A stretch of DNA of 64,000 bases, taken from assembly GCA_965261085.1 (NCBI GenBank), contig OZ253442.1, positions 2,304,001-2,368,000 on the forward strand, in the 5' to 3' direction. A program made the position numbers and the translations under genes. How positions within the stretch are numbered: the stretch's first letter is position 1; each line of letters starts with the position of its first letter. This document shows, one piece after another, positions 45,230 through 53,693 of the stretch. This stretch comes from a bacterium (GTDB lineage: Bacteria; UBA8248). The notes under the pieces were generated by a model. The model was not told the DNA's origin. It saw nothing but the letters and a program-made list of their open reading frames with translations, and ran no database searches.

Positions 45230-45996
45230 GCGAGATCGTCCAGGTGAAAGGGCTGCACAAGAGCTTCGGGGGAATCGTGGTTGCCGATGACGTCAACCTG
45301 AACTTCGAGGCGGGCGAGATAGTCGGCTTGATCGGGCCCAACGGCGCGGGAAAGACGTCTTTGTTCAACCTGATATCAGGAGTGATTCCCCCCGATGCGG
45401 GCTCGATATTCGTGGAGGGCCATCGCGTGGATCAACTGCCCATGCACCACCGCGCGCGGATCGGCCTTGCCCGCACCTGGCAGAATACCCGCATGTTTCA
45501 CTCGATGTCGGTGATCGACAATCTGCTGATAGCGACGCGGCGCTATCCCGGAGAATCCCTGGTGCGCATTCTTTTTCGCCGCCGCGCAGTCGACGCCTTC
45601 CGCCAGGAAGCGACGGAAAAGGCCATGGCGCTTCTCGAGCGGGTCGGACTCGCGGACAAGATGCACGAAATGGCGATCGAACTCTCCTACGGTCAGCAGA
45701 AGCGGATCGGTCTGGCGCGGGCGCTGATGAGCGACGCAGCGTGCCTGTTGCTGGACGAGCCCATGGCAGGCGTCGAGGGGCAGGCGTACGAGACGATCAT
45801 CCGCGTCATCCGCGAAGAGGCTCAGGCCGGGCGCGCAGTCTGCGTAGTGGAGCACAACATTTCTTTTATCCGCGACATTAGTGATCGCACGGTTTTCATG
45901 TTCAACGGATGTGTTCTGGCTAGCGGCTCAGTCGAGGAACTGACCCGCAACACGCAGCTCACGGACCTGTATTTCGGCGGCGAACACCCGCAGTAA
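45226..45996 (+). CDS. HAAT ABC ATPase, LivG-like
   Basis: GPNGAGKT, LSYGQQK, LLLDEP, VVEH. GTG start overlaps the upstream stop. Confidence 0.92.
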   Translation: MSEIVQVKGLHKSFGGIVVADDVNLNFEAGEIVGLIGPNGAGKTSLFNLISGVIPPDAGSIFVEGHRVDQLPMHHRARIGLARTWQNTRMFHSMSVIDNLLIATRRYPGESLVRILFRRRAVDAFRQEATEKAMALLERVGLADKMHEMAIELSYGQQKRIGLARALMSDAACLLLDEPMAGVEGQAYETIIRVIREEAQAGRAVCVVEHNISFIRDISDRTVFMFNGCVLASGSVEELTRNTQLTDLYFGGEHPQ

Positions 45997-46009
45997 TCGA
46001 GAGAGCGTA

Positions 46010-46693
46010 ATGTTCGAAGTCCAAAACCTCACCGCCCGCTACGGACCCTTGATTGCCGTGAACGACGTGTCGCTGTCTTTCGAGACCGGTGTGCGGATGG
46101 GGATTTTCGGCCACAACGGATCGGGCAAGTCGACGTTTCTCAAATGTCTGGTCGGCGGCGTCAAGGATGTTTCCGGCGCCGTGGCTTACGGTGGGTCGCC
46201 TATTGTTCCCGATCAGGTTCACCGCAACGTCATGCTGGGAATCGGCTTCGTGCCGCAGGTCCAGAACGTTTTTCCGAACCTCACGGTCGAGCAGAATCTC
46301 CACATCGCGGGTTCGAAATCCGACTCCTCGTTTCTCGATGAGGCTTATGCCCTTTTCCCTCTGTTGCGGGAACGCCAGGACCAGTTCGCAGGCGACATGA
46401 GCGGTGGAGAGCAACAGATGCTCGCCGTCTCGCTGGCCTTGATGACGAGGCCGCAAGTCCTCCTGCTCGACGAACCGACCGCAGGTCTCGCTCCTGCGAT
46501 CGTCAAAAACGTGCTGGGGTCGCTCTCGCGCATCAACTCCGAACTCGGCACCGGGCTGATACTCGTCGAGCAGAACGTGCTGGCCGCCCTGGACGTCGTC
46601 GAGCGCGCAATCGTGCTCAAAGGCGGGCGCGTGGTGTTTGACGGCGCAAGCGAGGAACTCCGCGTAAAGGAAGATTTGTGGGCCTGGTTCTGA
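46010..46693 (+). CDS. HAAT ABC ATPase, LivF-like
   Basis: GHNGSGKS, MSGGEQQML, LLLDEPTAGLAP, LVEQN. Confidence 0.92.
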   Translation: MFEVQNLTARYGPLIAVNDVSLSFETGVRMGIFGHNGSGKSTFLKCLVGGVKDVSGAVAYGGSPIVPDQVHRNVMLGIGFVPQVQNVFPNLTVEQNLHIAGSKSDSSFLDEAYALFPLLRERQDQFAGDMSGGEQQMLAVSLALMTRPQVLLLDEPTAGLAPAIVKNVLGSLSRINSELGTGLILVEQNVLAALDVVERAIVLKGGRVVFDGASEELRVKEDLWAWF

Positions 46694-46723
46694 CCCCGTA
46701 AATCATCGGCGCGACTGGCCTTT

Positions 46724-48094
46724 TTATTTCACTCCGATGGCATCGATCTGCACAAGTGCTTCCGCCACTGGTCCGGGGCCATGCACGATCACGCACTCGA
46801 ACGCGGGTAGATCTTCGTCGATGAAGGTCTCGCGAACAGCCTCGTACACGCCCAAGTCCGCCGGGTCGGAGAGATAGATCCGGGTTTTGGCGATGTCCCC
46901 CAGTTCCATCCCCGCTCCTGCCGCGCTGGTGCGCAGTTGCTCCCACGCCATCCAGCACTGCGCGGCGAGGCCCGCTTGCCGCTCCACTTCCTCAAGCGGC
47001 AACACGGCACGCCGCCCTGCCTCGGGAAGGGTGTCCGCGCCCCGGACGAGCGTTCCCGCCTCGTCGACGCCCACCATACCCGAGAAGAAACACACCGGCC
47101 CCGCTTGCGTGACGGCGGGGGCCGCAAAGGGCGCCGTCCCCGGCCAAGGGTACGATTGGCGGGTGAGTCCGCTGCGCTTGTCCATAGCGGTGATTTCGAT
47201 CTCTATGCGCGTGCCGCGGTGGCCCACCTCGTCGAATCCCACGACGCAAAGCGATGGCTGGACGTCGGGGAAGAAATGGGTGTGTACCCGGTGGAACGTG
47301 GAGAAATCGCGCAGGTCACCCAGGAAAATCGTCACGTTCACGACGTCTTCCATATCCATGCCGTGGCCCGCGAGCGTACGGCGCAACTCGTTATAGACGT
47401 ACCAGGTTTGCGACGCGATCGGGCCGTGTCGGCTGTCGGGATGGCTGCGCCCCGTCGAGAGGAAACGACCTTCCTCGGGGATATCACCATAAGAGTTGAC
47501 CAGCGGCATCCCGGGCTCGGCGGTCTTGATCGGGATGTGGCCGGCGAAGAAGGCGAACGGACCAGAGCGTATCGCCTGGCAATAGTGCGAGGCGGCGGGC
47601 AAATCCGCGTCATAGACGTCGGTCATCACCTCGCGTTCGCCAAACACCCCGCCTGCTTGCGTACAAGCGGCGATGGCGTCGACCCCGATCCAGTGTCTGC
47701 CGCGTCCGATGACGTCCGTCACGCCCAATCCACTGCTGGGAGCGGGTGTCGGTTGCCAATGCACCCGGACGTGTTCGTAGCTGGGAAAATAACGCTTGTC
47801 GCGCTGCCAGATGTGCTGACGCAGCACCTGGTCGCTGTGCGTTCCCGCTGCGACGAGAACCTTCTCGAGGCTGTCGTGGACCGACCAGGAATCGGCGACA
47901 ACCCGACCTTCGGTGAGGTCTGCGAGCGGATAGCCCTGCATCAGATCTCGTCCCGCCTCGGGCAGGTCCGCAAAGCCCGCCGGACCGCCGGGCCTTAAAC
48001 CTGATACGAACAACAGTTCACCGGCCTTGACCGCCACCGGATAGGGCGTGAAAGCGGGGGCGACATCCTCACAAATAACAGGGGTCTTCTTCAT
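46724..48094 (-). CDS. Rid (YjgF/YER057c/UK114) family protein with three tandem domains
   Basis: Three repeats starting AVKAGELLFVSG, AIRSGPFAFFAG and AVTQAGPVCFFSG, and ending IGVDAIA, IEIEITA and VQIDAIG. Confidence 0.85.
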   Translation of the reverse strand: MKKTPVICEDVAPAFTPYPVAVKAGELLFVSGLRPGGPAGFADLPEAGRDLMQGYPLADLTEGRVVADSWSVHDSLEKVLVAAGTHSDQVLRQHIWQRDKRYFPSYEHVRVHWQPTPAPSSGLGVTDVIGRGRHWIGVDAIAACTQAGGVFGEREVMTDVYDADLPAASHYCQAIRSGPFAFFAGHIPIKTAEPGMPLVNSYGDIPEEGRFLSTGRSHPDSRHGPIASQTWYVYNELRRTLAGHGMDMEDVVNVTIFLGDLRDFSTFHRVHTHFFPDVQPSLCVVGFDEVGHRGTRIEIEITAMDKRSGLTRQSYPWPGTAPFAAPAVTQAGPVCFFSGMVGVDEAGTLVRGADTLPEAGRRAVLPLEEVERQAGLAAQCWMAWEQLRTSAAGAGMELGDIAKTRIYLSDPADLGVYEAVRETFIDEDLPAFECVIVHGPGPVAEALVQIDAIGVK

Positions 48095-48184
48095 TACTCG
48101 ATAAACCTCCTTGGGTTGGCGAGTCGTGGCGTCTTCGTGTGGGGCAGGGGCATTTTCTCCCTTCCCCGGGCGGTTGCCAGTCGG

Positions 48185-48946
48185 CTACATCGCCAGGGTG
48201 CCCCCGTCGCACGATATAAAGGCGCCGTTCATGAAATCGTTTTCGTCCGAGACCATAAAGAGCGAGACTTCGGCCATCTCCTCGGGACTCGCAAAGCGGT
48301 TCACGGGTATCCGGGGGAGTTTCGCCTTGGCGCGCTCCGGGTCGTCGATGTGAATCTGTTTCACGCGCTCGCTCTCGGTGGTGCCCGGCATGAGGCAGTT
48401 GACGCGCAGCCCCATCGGGCCGAGCTCCACGGCCAGGGCGCGCGTTAAATTGTGCATAGAGGTCTTCGTGGCGCAATAAAGCGCATTGCCGGGGACGCCG
48501 CGCTCGCCGTCGATGGAGCCGATCATCAATATCTTGCCCCTGCCCTGGGGCGCCATGAGCTTGGCCGCCTCGCGCGTGGCGATGAATACGGATTTCGCGT
48601 TCACCTCGTATAGCTCGTCGATCTGCTCGTCGGTGAACTCGAGAAAACTCTTGTGCCCCCGCATGGCGGCGCAGTTCACCATGATATCGAGACCGCCCAG
48701 GTATTGAGCACCGTCGTTCATGAGGTCGTTTGCTTTTCTCGCATCTCTCAAGTCATAGCACCGCCCATCGATTTTGCCGCCCGCCGATCCACATTCGTTG
48801 ATGATTCTATCGAGGCGCTCCTGGTTGAAGCCGCCCGCCGCCCATATGGATGCGCCCTCCGTGCTGAATTTACGCGCGATGGCTGCACCGATGCCAGATG
48901 AGGCGCCCGTGACGATGACTCTTTTTCCTTGTAGCTTGCCCGGCAT
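48185..48946 (-). CDS. Short-chain dehydrogenase/reductase
   Basis: TGASSGIG, NCAA, YCATK, LRVNCLMPG, SCDGG. Confidence 0.92.
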   Translation of the reverse strand: MPGKLQGKRVIVTGASSGIGAAIARKFSTEGASIWAAGGFNQERLDRIINECGSAGGKIDGRCYDLRDARKANDLMNDGAQYLGGLDIMVNCAAMRGHKSFLEFTDEQIDELYEVNAKSVFIATREAAKLMAPQGRGKILMIGSIDGERGVPGNALYCATKTSMHNLTRALAVELGPMGLRVNCLMPGTTESERVKQIHIDDPERAKAKLPRIPVNRFASPEEMAEVSLFMVSDENDFMNGAFISCDGGTLAM

Positions 48947-48970
48947 GTTCTGCTCCTTGGTATAAAAAAA

Positions 48971-49855
48971 CTATTCCTCATCCGGCAGCAGCGCGGATTC
49001 TCCCATCGATAGCGGATCGCGCGCCGGCCAGCGTCCGGCATCCACTTCGGTGATGAATTCGAGAATGACACGGTTGAACATGGCGGGTTCTTCGAGGTTG
49101 ATGAGGTGGCCGGCATTGGGGAAGGTGACGAGGGCGGCCGTCTGGATGTTGCGCTTCATGAAAAGCCCGGGCTCCAGACAAGGGTAGTCTTCATCTCCCG
49201 TGAGGACGAGCGTGGGCACGGAGCAGTTCTTCATCTGCTCTCCGAGTTCATATACCGATGGCCTTGCGCTTTGCACACCGCGCATCGTGTTGGAGCAACC
49301 CAGAGGAGAATGGCTCATGAAGTGATCGATGAATTTCTGGTAGCCGATAGAGTCTTTTCTCTTGAGCTGCATTCGCGTTGGTCCGGCGGTATAGACGGGG
49401 CCGAATTTATCCATGCTATCGTTCAGGAACCTGTCGGCCACGATTTCTGCGTCTTTTTGGAATTGTTCGCGCTGATCCATATCGGAGCCGTAGCCGCACC
49501 CGGCCACGACGATGGAGCGGGTGAGTTCGGGATGCCGGAGGCCGAGGTGGAGGGTCGCATAGCCGCCCATCGAAAGTCCCACGACGTGGGCGGGCGCGAG
49601 GTTCAAGTCTCGGATGAGGCAGGCCAGGTCGTTCACGGCGATATCCTGGCTGTATTGCGATGCGTCTTCGGGCACTTCCGAGGGCGGAAATCCTCTCGCG
49701 TTGTAGGTGATGACCCGGTATCTGCGGTTGAAATAGCGAACCTGATCCTCCCAACTGCGGCAGTCGCCCGCGAATTCATGAACGAAGACGATGGGCGCAC
49801 CCTCGCCGCTGGCTTCGTAATACAGTCTGACCCCGTTTGTTCTCACTTCGGGCAT
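48971..49855 (-). CDS. Alpha/beta fold hydrolase
   Basis: VFVHEFAGD, YNARGFPPS, GLSMGG, GDED, GHLINLEEP. ATG 49855 with a GAGGAG RBS. Confidence 0.9.
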   Translation of the reverse strand: MPEVRTNGVRLYYEASGEGAPIVFVHEFAGDCRSWEDQVRYFNRRYRVITYNARGFPPSEVPEDASQYSQDIAVNDLACLIRDLNLAPAHVVGLSMGGYATLHLGLRHPELTRSIVVAGCGYGSDMDQREQFQKDAEIVADRFLNDSMDKFGPVYTAGPTRMQLKRKDSIGYQKFIDHFMSHSPLGCSNTMRGVQSARPSVYELGEQMKNCSVPTLVLTGDEDYPCLEPGLFMKRNIQTAALVTFPNAGHLINLEEPAMFNRVILEFITEVDAGRWPARDPLSMGESALLPDEE

Positions 49856-50196
49856 GGTGTTCTCCTCACAGGATGACGTGTGGATATGGAATACGTTTCT
49901 TACGGGAGAATCAGCAAAATGACAACGCGGACGAGCGAATTCCCCTGTGTTTCCGGGTGTTGCGCCCTCATGGCCGCGCGATGGTAAAAAGTTTGTAAAG
50001 ATGTGTTGCCAGGAGATATTGTTTCTTTTCGGGACTTGATTTCTGAGCCCGTCTGGCCCATGATAACCGGGATTGATCACAGTGTTGAGTTTGACTGAAG
50101 ATTGACTTGGCAACATCGCTTGAACGCCCGATCATACCTAAAATGAAACTCTGGGATGCTCTTATAAGAAAGAATACCCAAAACGGGAGAAAACCT

Positions 50197-51603
50197 TTGT
50201 CAACGGCGCCTAAGAAACACAGCCTCGCTATTCACAGAAAAGATGAAAGAAAGCTCCAGTGGAGCACCATCTTGATCATCGGGGTGATTCACCTGCTCGC
50301 CCTGATGGCTTTTGATTTGGATTATTTCAGCGTCTCCGGTCTCGTCGTGGGAATCGTCATGTATTACGTGGCCGGTATGGTGGGCGTGACGATTTCCTAT
50401 CACCGGCTTCTGACCCACAGAAGTTTCCAGACGTATAAGCCGGTCGAGTATTTCTTTACGTTTTGCGCTTGCCAGGCGCTTCAGAGCGGACCCATCGAGT
50501 GGGTGGCGATGCACCGGATTCACCACAAGGAATCGGACGAGGAGCCCGACCCCCATTCCCCGCTCGTGAGTTTTCTGTGGGCGCATGCGGGATGGCTTTT
50601 CGTCAACTTGCCGGACGCGCACACCTATAACGAGTATTCGCGCTTCGCGAAGGATTTGCACCGCGACCCGTGGCAGCGGTTTTTCGATAAATTCTTTTTC
50701 GTGATTTATCTTCTGACGGCGGTGGCGATTTATTACGCCGGGGAATGGTACGGCGGCCTGGGCATGTCCTGGCTCGTCTGGGGCGTATTCGTGCGAACGG
50801 TCGTTTTGTGGCACAACACCTGGGCGGTGAATTCGGTGACGCACACCTTCGGCTACCGCAATTACAACACGGATGAGGAAAGCACCAACAACTGGCTCGT
50901 CGCACTGCTTTCCTTCGGCGAGGGGTGGCACAACAACCACCATGCGGACCAGCGCTCGGCCGCCCACGGTCAACGGTGGTTCGAGGTGGACATCACCTAC
51001 CGGCTCATCAAGATGATGGAACTCGTAGGCTTGGTCTGGGGGGTGAGGGAGCCGAGCCAGCGCGTGGTGGCGAAGAGGCTCGACATCATGGTGGACGAGG
51101 AGGGCTTGCGCGCCTCCGAGGCGAGAAGGCTGGGCTCGGAGGAAGTTCGGGCCGAGATTCTTCACACGATGACGGACCCGACGATGCCGCTGGAAATTCC
51201 CAGAATGCCCTCTTTGACGGAAGCGAGCGAGGCTGCGGCGAAATCGGCCCAAAAAGCCATGGAATCCGTCGGTACGGCCCTTGAGCATGCATCGCGTGCG
51301 CTTCGGCATAAAGAAGAAAATACCGACCAGGCTGTTCGCCAGATGCTGGAAAAGGCAAAGGATTTGGCGATGGCGGCCGTCGAGCAGGCCAAATACGCAG
51401 CGGCGGAAGCCGCCGAGTTCTCAGCCCAAGCGAGCGCGTATCTGGCGGATGCGAAAGACAGGGCGACGGAATCCGCCCATCAGGCGGCTGAAAGAGCAAA
51501 AGCGCTTGCGCAGGAAGCGGCGGATGCGGCCTCGAAGGCAGCCGATGAGATTGCGGTCGCTTTCAAGGGAATCGACAGACCCGTCATCACCTCTGCGATA
51601 TAG
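50197..51603 (+). CDS. Delta-9 type acyl-CoA/acyl-lipid desaturase with a long Ala-rich C-terminal extension
   Basis: His boxes HRLLTH, HRIHH and GEGWHNNHH, plus DPHSP. About 170 extra C-terminal residues are rich in A/E/K. The start is uncertain (50107, 50143 or 50197). Confidence 0.9.
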   Translation: MSTAPKKHSLAIHRKDERKLQWSTILIIGVIHLLALMAFDLDYFSVSGLVVGIVMYYVAGMVGVTISYHRLLTHRSFQTYKPVEYFFTFCACQALQSGPIEWVAMHRIHHKESDEEPDPHSPLVSFLWAHAGWLFVNLPDAHTYNEYSRFAKDLHRDPWQRFFDKFFFVIYLLTAVAIYYAGEWYGGLGMSWLVWGVFVRTVVLWHNTWAVNSVTHTFGYRNYNTDEESTNNWLVALLSFGEGWHNNHHADQRSAAHGQRWFEVDITYRLIKMMELVGLVWGVREPSQRVVAKRLDIMVDEEGLRASEARRLGSEEVRAEILHTMTDPTMPLEIPRMPSLTEASEAAAKSAQKAMESVGTALEHASRALRHKEENTDQAVRQMLEKAKDLAMAAVEQAKYAAAEAAEFSAQASAYLADAKDRATESAHQAAERAKALAQEAADAASKAADEIAVAFKGIDRPVITSAI

Positions 51604-51614
51604 AAGAAAACTCT

Positions 51615-51647
51615 AAAAAAGCCGGGGCGTATTGCTTCGGCTTTTTT
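51615..51647 (+). terminator. Rho-independent terminator (bidirectional type)
   Basis: AAAAAAGCCGGGGC-loop-GCTTCGGCTTTTTT. Confidence 0.75.
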
Positions 51648-51787
51648 GCGTCTCTCGGGTCTTCTGCCGGGGAGCAAAGCGCTTCTGCCGGAATACTTTG
51701 GTGATATTCACAGGGGCCTTTTGAGGGAACGGGTGTGAGAGAGGGATCGCGCGTTTTTTGAATTTGCGCCCCGATGCCTGAAGCCCC

Positions 51788-51816
51788 TTGACGCTCCCGC
51801 TTCCGGCTCCTAGATT
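51788..51816 (+). promoter_or_regulatory. Sigma70 promoter for ilvC
   Basis: TTGACG-N17-TAGATT. Confidence 0.55.
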
Positions 51817-51937
51817 ATGGTCTCTTTTTTCAGCGGTTTCCCACGAGAAGCCGACTTCCTTTCGAGAGGCGGGTGTTTTCCGCCCATGTTGATCGTTTTT
51901 TGGTGGCGCGGCGAGGGCTGCGAATCCTGGAGGGCCA

Positions 51938-52981
51938 ATGGCCATGAACGAAGCGAATGAAGAACGATTATTAAAAGACCTGAAAATTTACTATGACGCC
52001 GATGCGGATCTGAATCTGCTGCAAAACAGAAAAATCGCCGTCATCGGCTACGGAAGCCAGGGGCGCGCCCATGCGCTGAATGCACAGGACAGCGGCGCGG
52101 ATGTCGTCGTGGGTCTCAGGAAATCCTCCCCCCGCTGGAAGCAGGTCGAGGATGACGGCCTCGAGGTGATGGAAACGGCCGAAGCGGCCAAGGCGGGCGA
52201 TCTGGTGGTCATGCTCACGCAGGATCATCTTCAGCCCTCGATTTGGAACGCCGATATTGCGCCCAACATGAAAGACGGCGACGCCCTGGTGGTCGCCCAC
52301 GGCTTCAACCTCAATTACGGGCAAATCATTCCTCCGGACAACCTCGACGTCGTGATGATCGCGCCAAAGAGCCCGGGCCATACCATGCGGTTCCAGTACG
52401 AAGACGGGCGCGGCGTGCCGGGTCTCGTGGCCGTCTTTCAGGACGCCACGGGCAAGGCGAAGGACTACGCCCTGGCTTATGGAAAAGCGGTGGGCTGCGC
52501 CCGCGCCGGCATTATCGAGACGACCATCGAGGAGGAGACCGAGACGGACCTCTTCGGCGAGCAGGCGGTGCTGTGCGGCGGCATTACCGAGTTGATTCGC
52601 GTCGCGTTCGAAACCCTCGTGGAGGCGGGCTATCAGCCCGCGCTGGCGTATTTCGAGTGCCTCCACGAGGTCAAGCTCATCACCGACCTCATCTACCAGG
52701 GCGGTATCACCATGATGCGTTATTCGGTTTCCGACACTGCCGAGTACGGGGATATCACGCGGGGCAAGATCGTCATCGACGATTCGACGCGCGAGCGGAT
52801 GCGGGGGATCTTGTCCGACATCCAGACCGGAAGATTCGCCAGCGAGTGGATCAACGAGAACATGGTGAACCGGCCGACGTTCAACACGGTCGTGCGCAAG
52901 GAGAAAGAACACGACATCGAGGTGGTCGGCCGCCGTCTGCGCGCGATGATGCCGTGGATCGCGGAGCGGGAAGTGATATAA
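51938..52981 (+). CDS. ilvC: Ketol-acid reductoisomerase
   Basis: [68 protein letters not shown]. Confidence 0.97.
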   Translation: MAMNEANEERLLKDLKIYYDADADLNLLQNRKIAVIGYGSQGRAHALNAQDSGADVVVGLRKSSPRWKQVEDDGLEVMETAEAAKAGDLVVMLTQDHLQPSIWNADIAPNMKDGDALVVAHGFNLNYGQIIPPDNLDVVMIAPKSPGHTMRFQYEDGRGVPGLVAVFQDATGKAKDYALAYGKAVGCARAGIIETTIEEETETDLFGEQAVLCGGITELIRVAFETLVEAGYQPALAYFECLHEVKLITDLIYQGGITMMRYSVSDTAEYGDITRGKIVIDDSTRERMRGILSDIQTGRFASEWINENMVNRPTFNTVVRKEKEHDIEVVGRRLRAMMPWIAEREVI

Positions 52982-53004
52982 GAGGGGATTTTCGAGAAAT
53001 ACCG

Positions 53005-53041
53005 ACCGGCGGAGTTTGTGTGGCTCCGCCGGTTTTTCTTT
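53005..53041 (+). terminator. Rho-independent terminator after ilvC
   Basis: ACCGGCGGAG...CTCCGCCGGT followed by TTTTCTTT. Confidence 0.7.
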
Positions 53042-53147
53042 GAAAAATGTTGAATGATTCGGGTGTTATGATCTCGACCTGCTTGAAAGAAACAATAAAG
53101 GGTCGTATTCTTCAAAAACGCTTTAGTTGGCCGCCGAGAGGGAATAG

Positions 53148-53624
53148 ATGAGCGTTCAGAAAATTAAATTTCTCATCGCGGGCGTAGTCATCCTGAGCGC
53201 TTTCGCCTATCTGGCCGTATCGGGGTTTCAGAGCGAGAATCTGGTGTATTTCCTCACCGTGGATGAAGTTTCGCAAAAGGCGCCGACTCTGGGTGGCCGC
53301 GGCATCAGGGTGCAGGGCAAGATCGTGCCCAAAACGCTCAAGAAAAATCCCGACGCCATGCAGCTCGCCTTCCACATACAGGGTGAGAAGGGGACCTTGC
53401 CGGTAAGTTACAAGGGAGTTCCTCCCGATTTGCTTGAAAACGGGTTTCCGGTCATCGCCGAGGGGAAGCTGGACGCCAAGGGAGTCTTGATGGCGAAAAA
53501 TCTGATGGTCGCATGCCCCTCGAAGTTCGAGGAGATGAAAGAGGCGGGTGAAAGCATACCGACGGATCACGGGGATTTGATCGAAAATGCCGCGAAGCGC
53601 AAGGAAATGCCGTCGGCTCGATGA
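53148..53624 (+). CDS. ccmE: Heme chaperone CcmE, Cys-type (CPSKF)
   Basis: TM anchor, VYFLTVDE, IRVQG, V.YKGVPPDL, VIAEG. The heme-binding motif is ACPSKF instead of KHDENY. Confidence 0.88.
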   Translation: MSVQKIKFLIAGVVILSAFAYLAVSGFQSENLVYFLTVDEVSQKAPTLGGRGIRVQGKIVPKTLKKNPDAMQLAFHIQGEKGTLPVSYKGVPPDLLENGFPVIAEGKLDAKGVLMAKNLMVACPSKFEEMKEAGESIPTDHGDLIENAAKRKEMPSAR

Positions 53625-53693
53625 CCTGGAGTTCACGCAGAACGACCTGATTTCCTCTATCTTGAAAATCCGCTCCAACCCGGGGGTTTGTAG

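Noticed and set aside
49856-50116. 87-aa N-terminal extension of the alpha/beta hydrolase ORF, and similar extensions of the livG (44998), SCO1664 (31000) and LeuB-like (62432) ORFs
   Set aside because: Downstream starts have better RBS and domain boundaries. The extensions cover intergenic or overlapping sequence.
51817-51937. Possible attenuator or leader peptide upstream of ilvC
   Set aside because: No Ile/Leu/Val-rich leader ORF with a terminator, and no T-box motif was recognisable.
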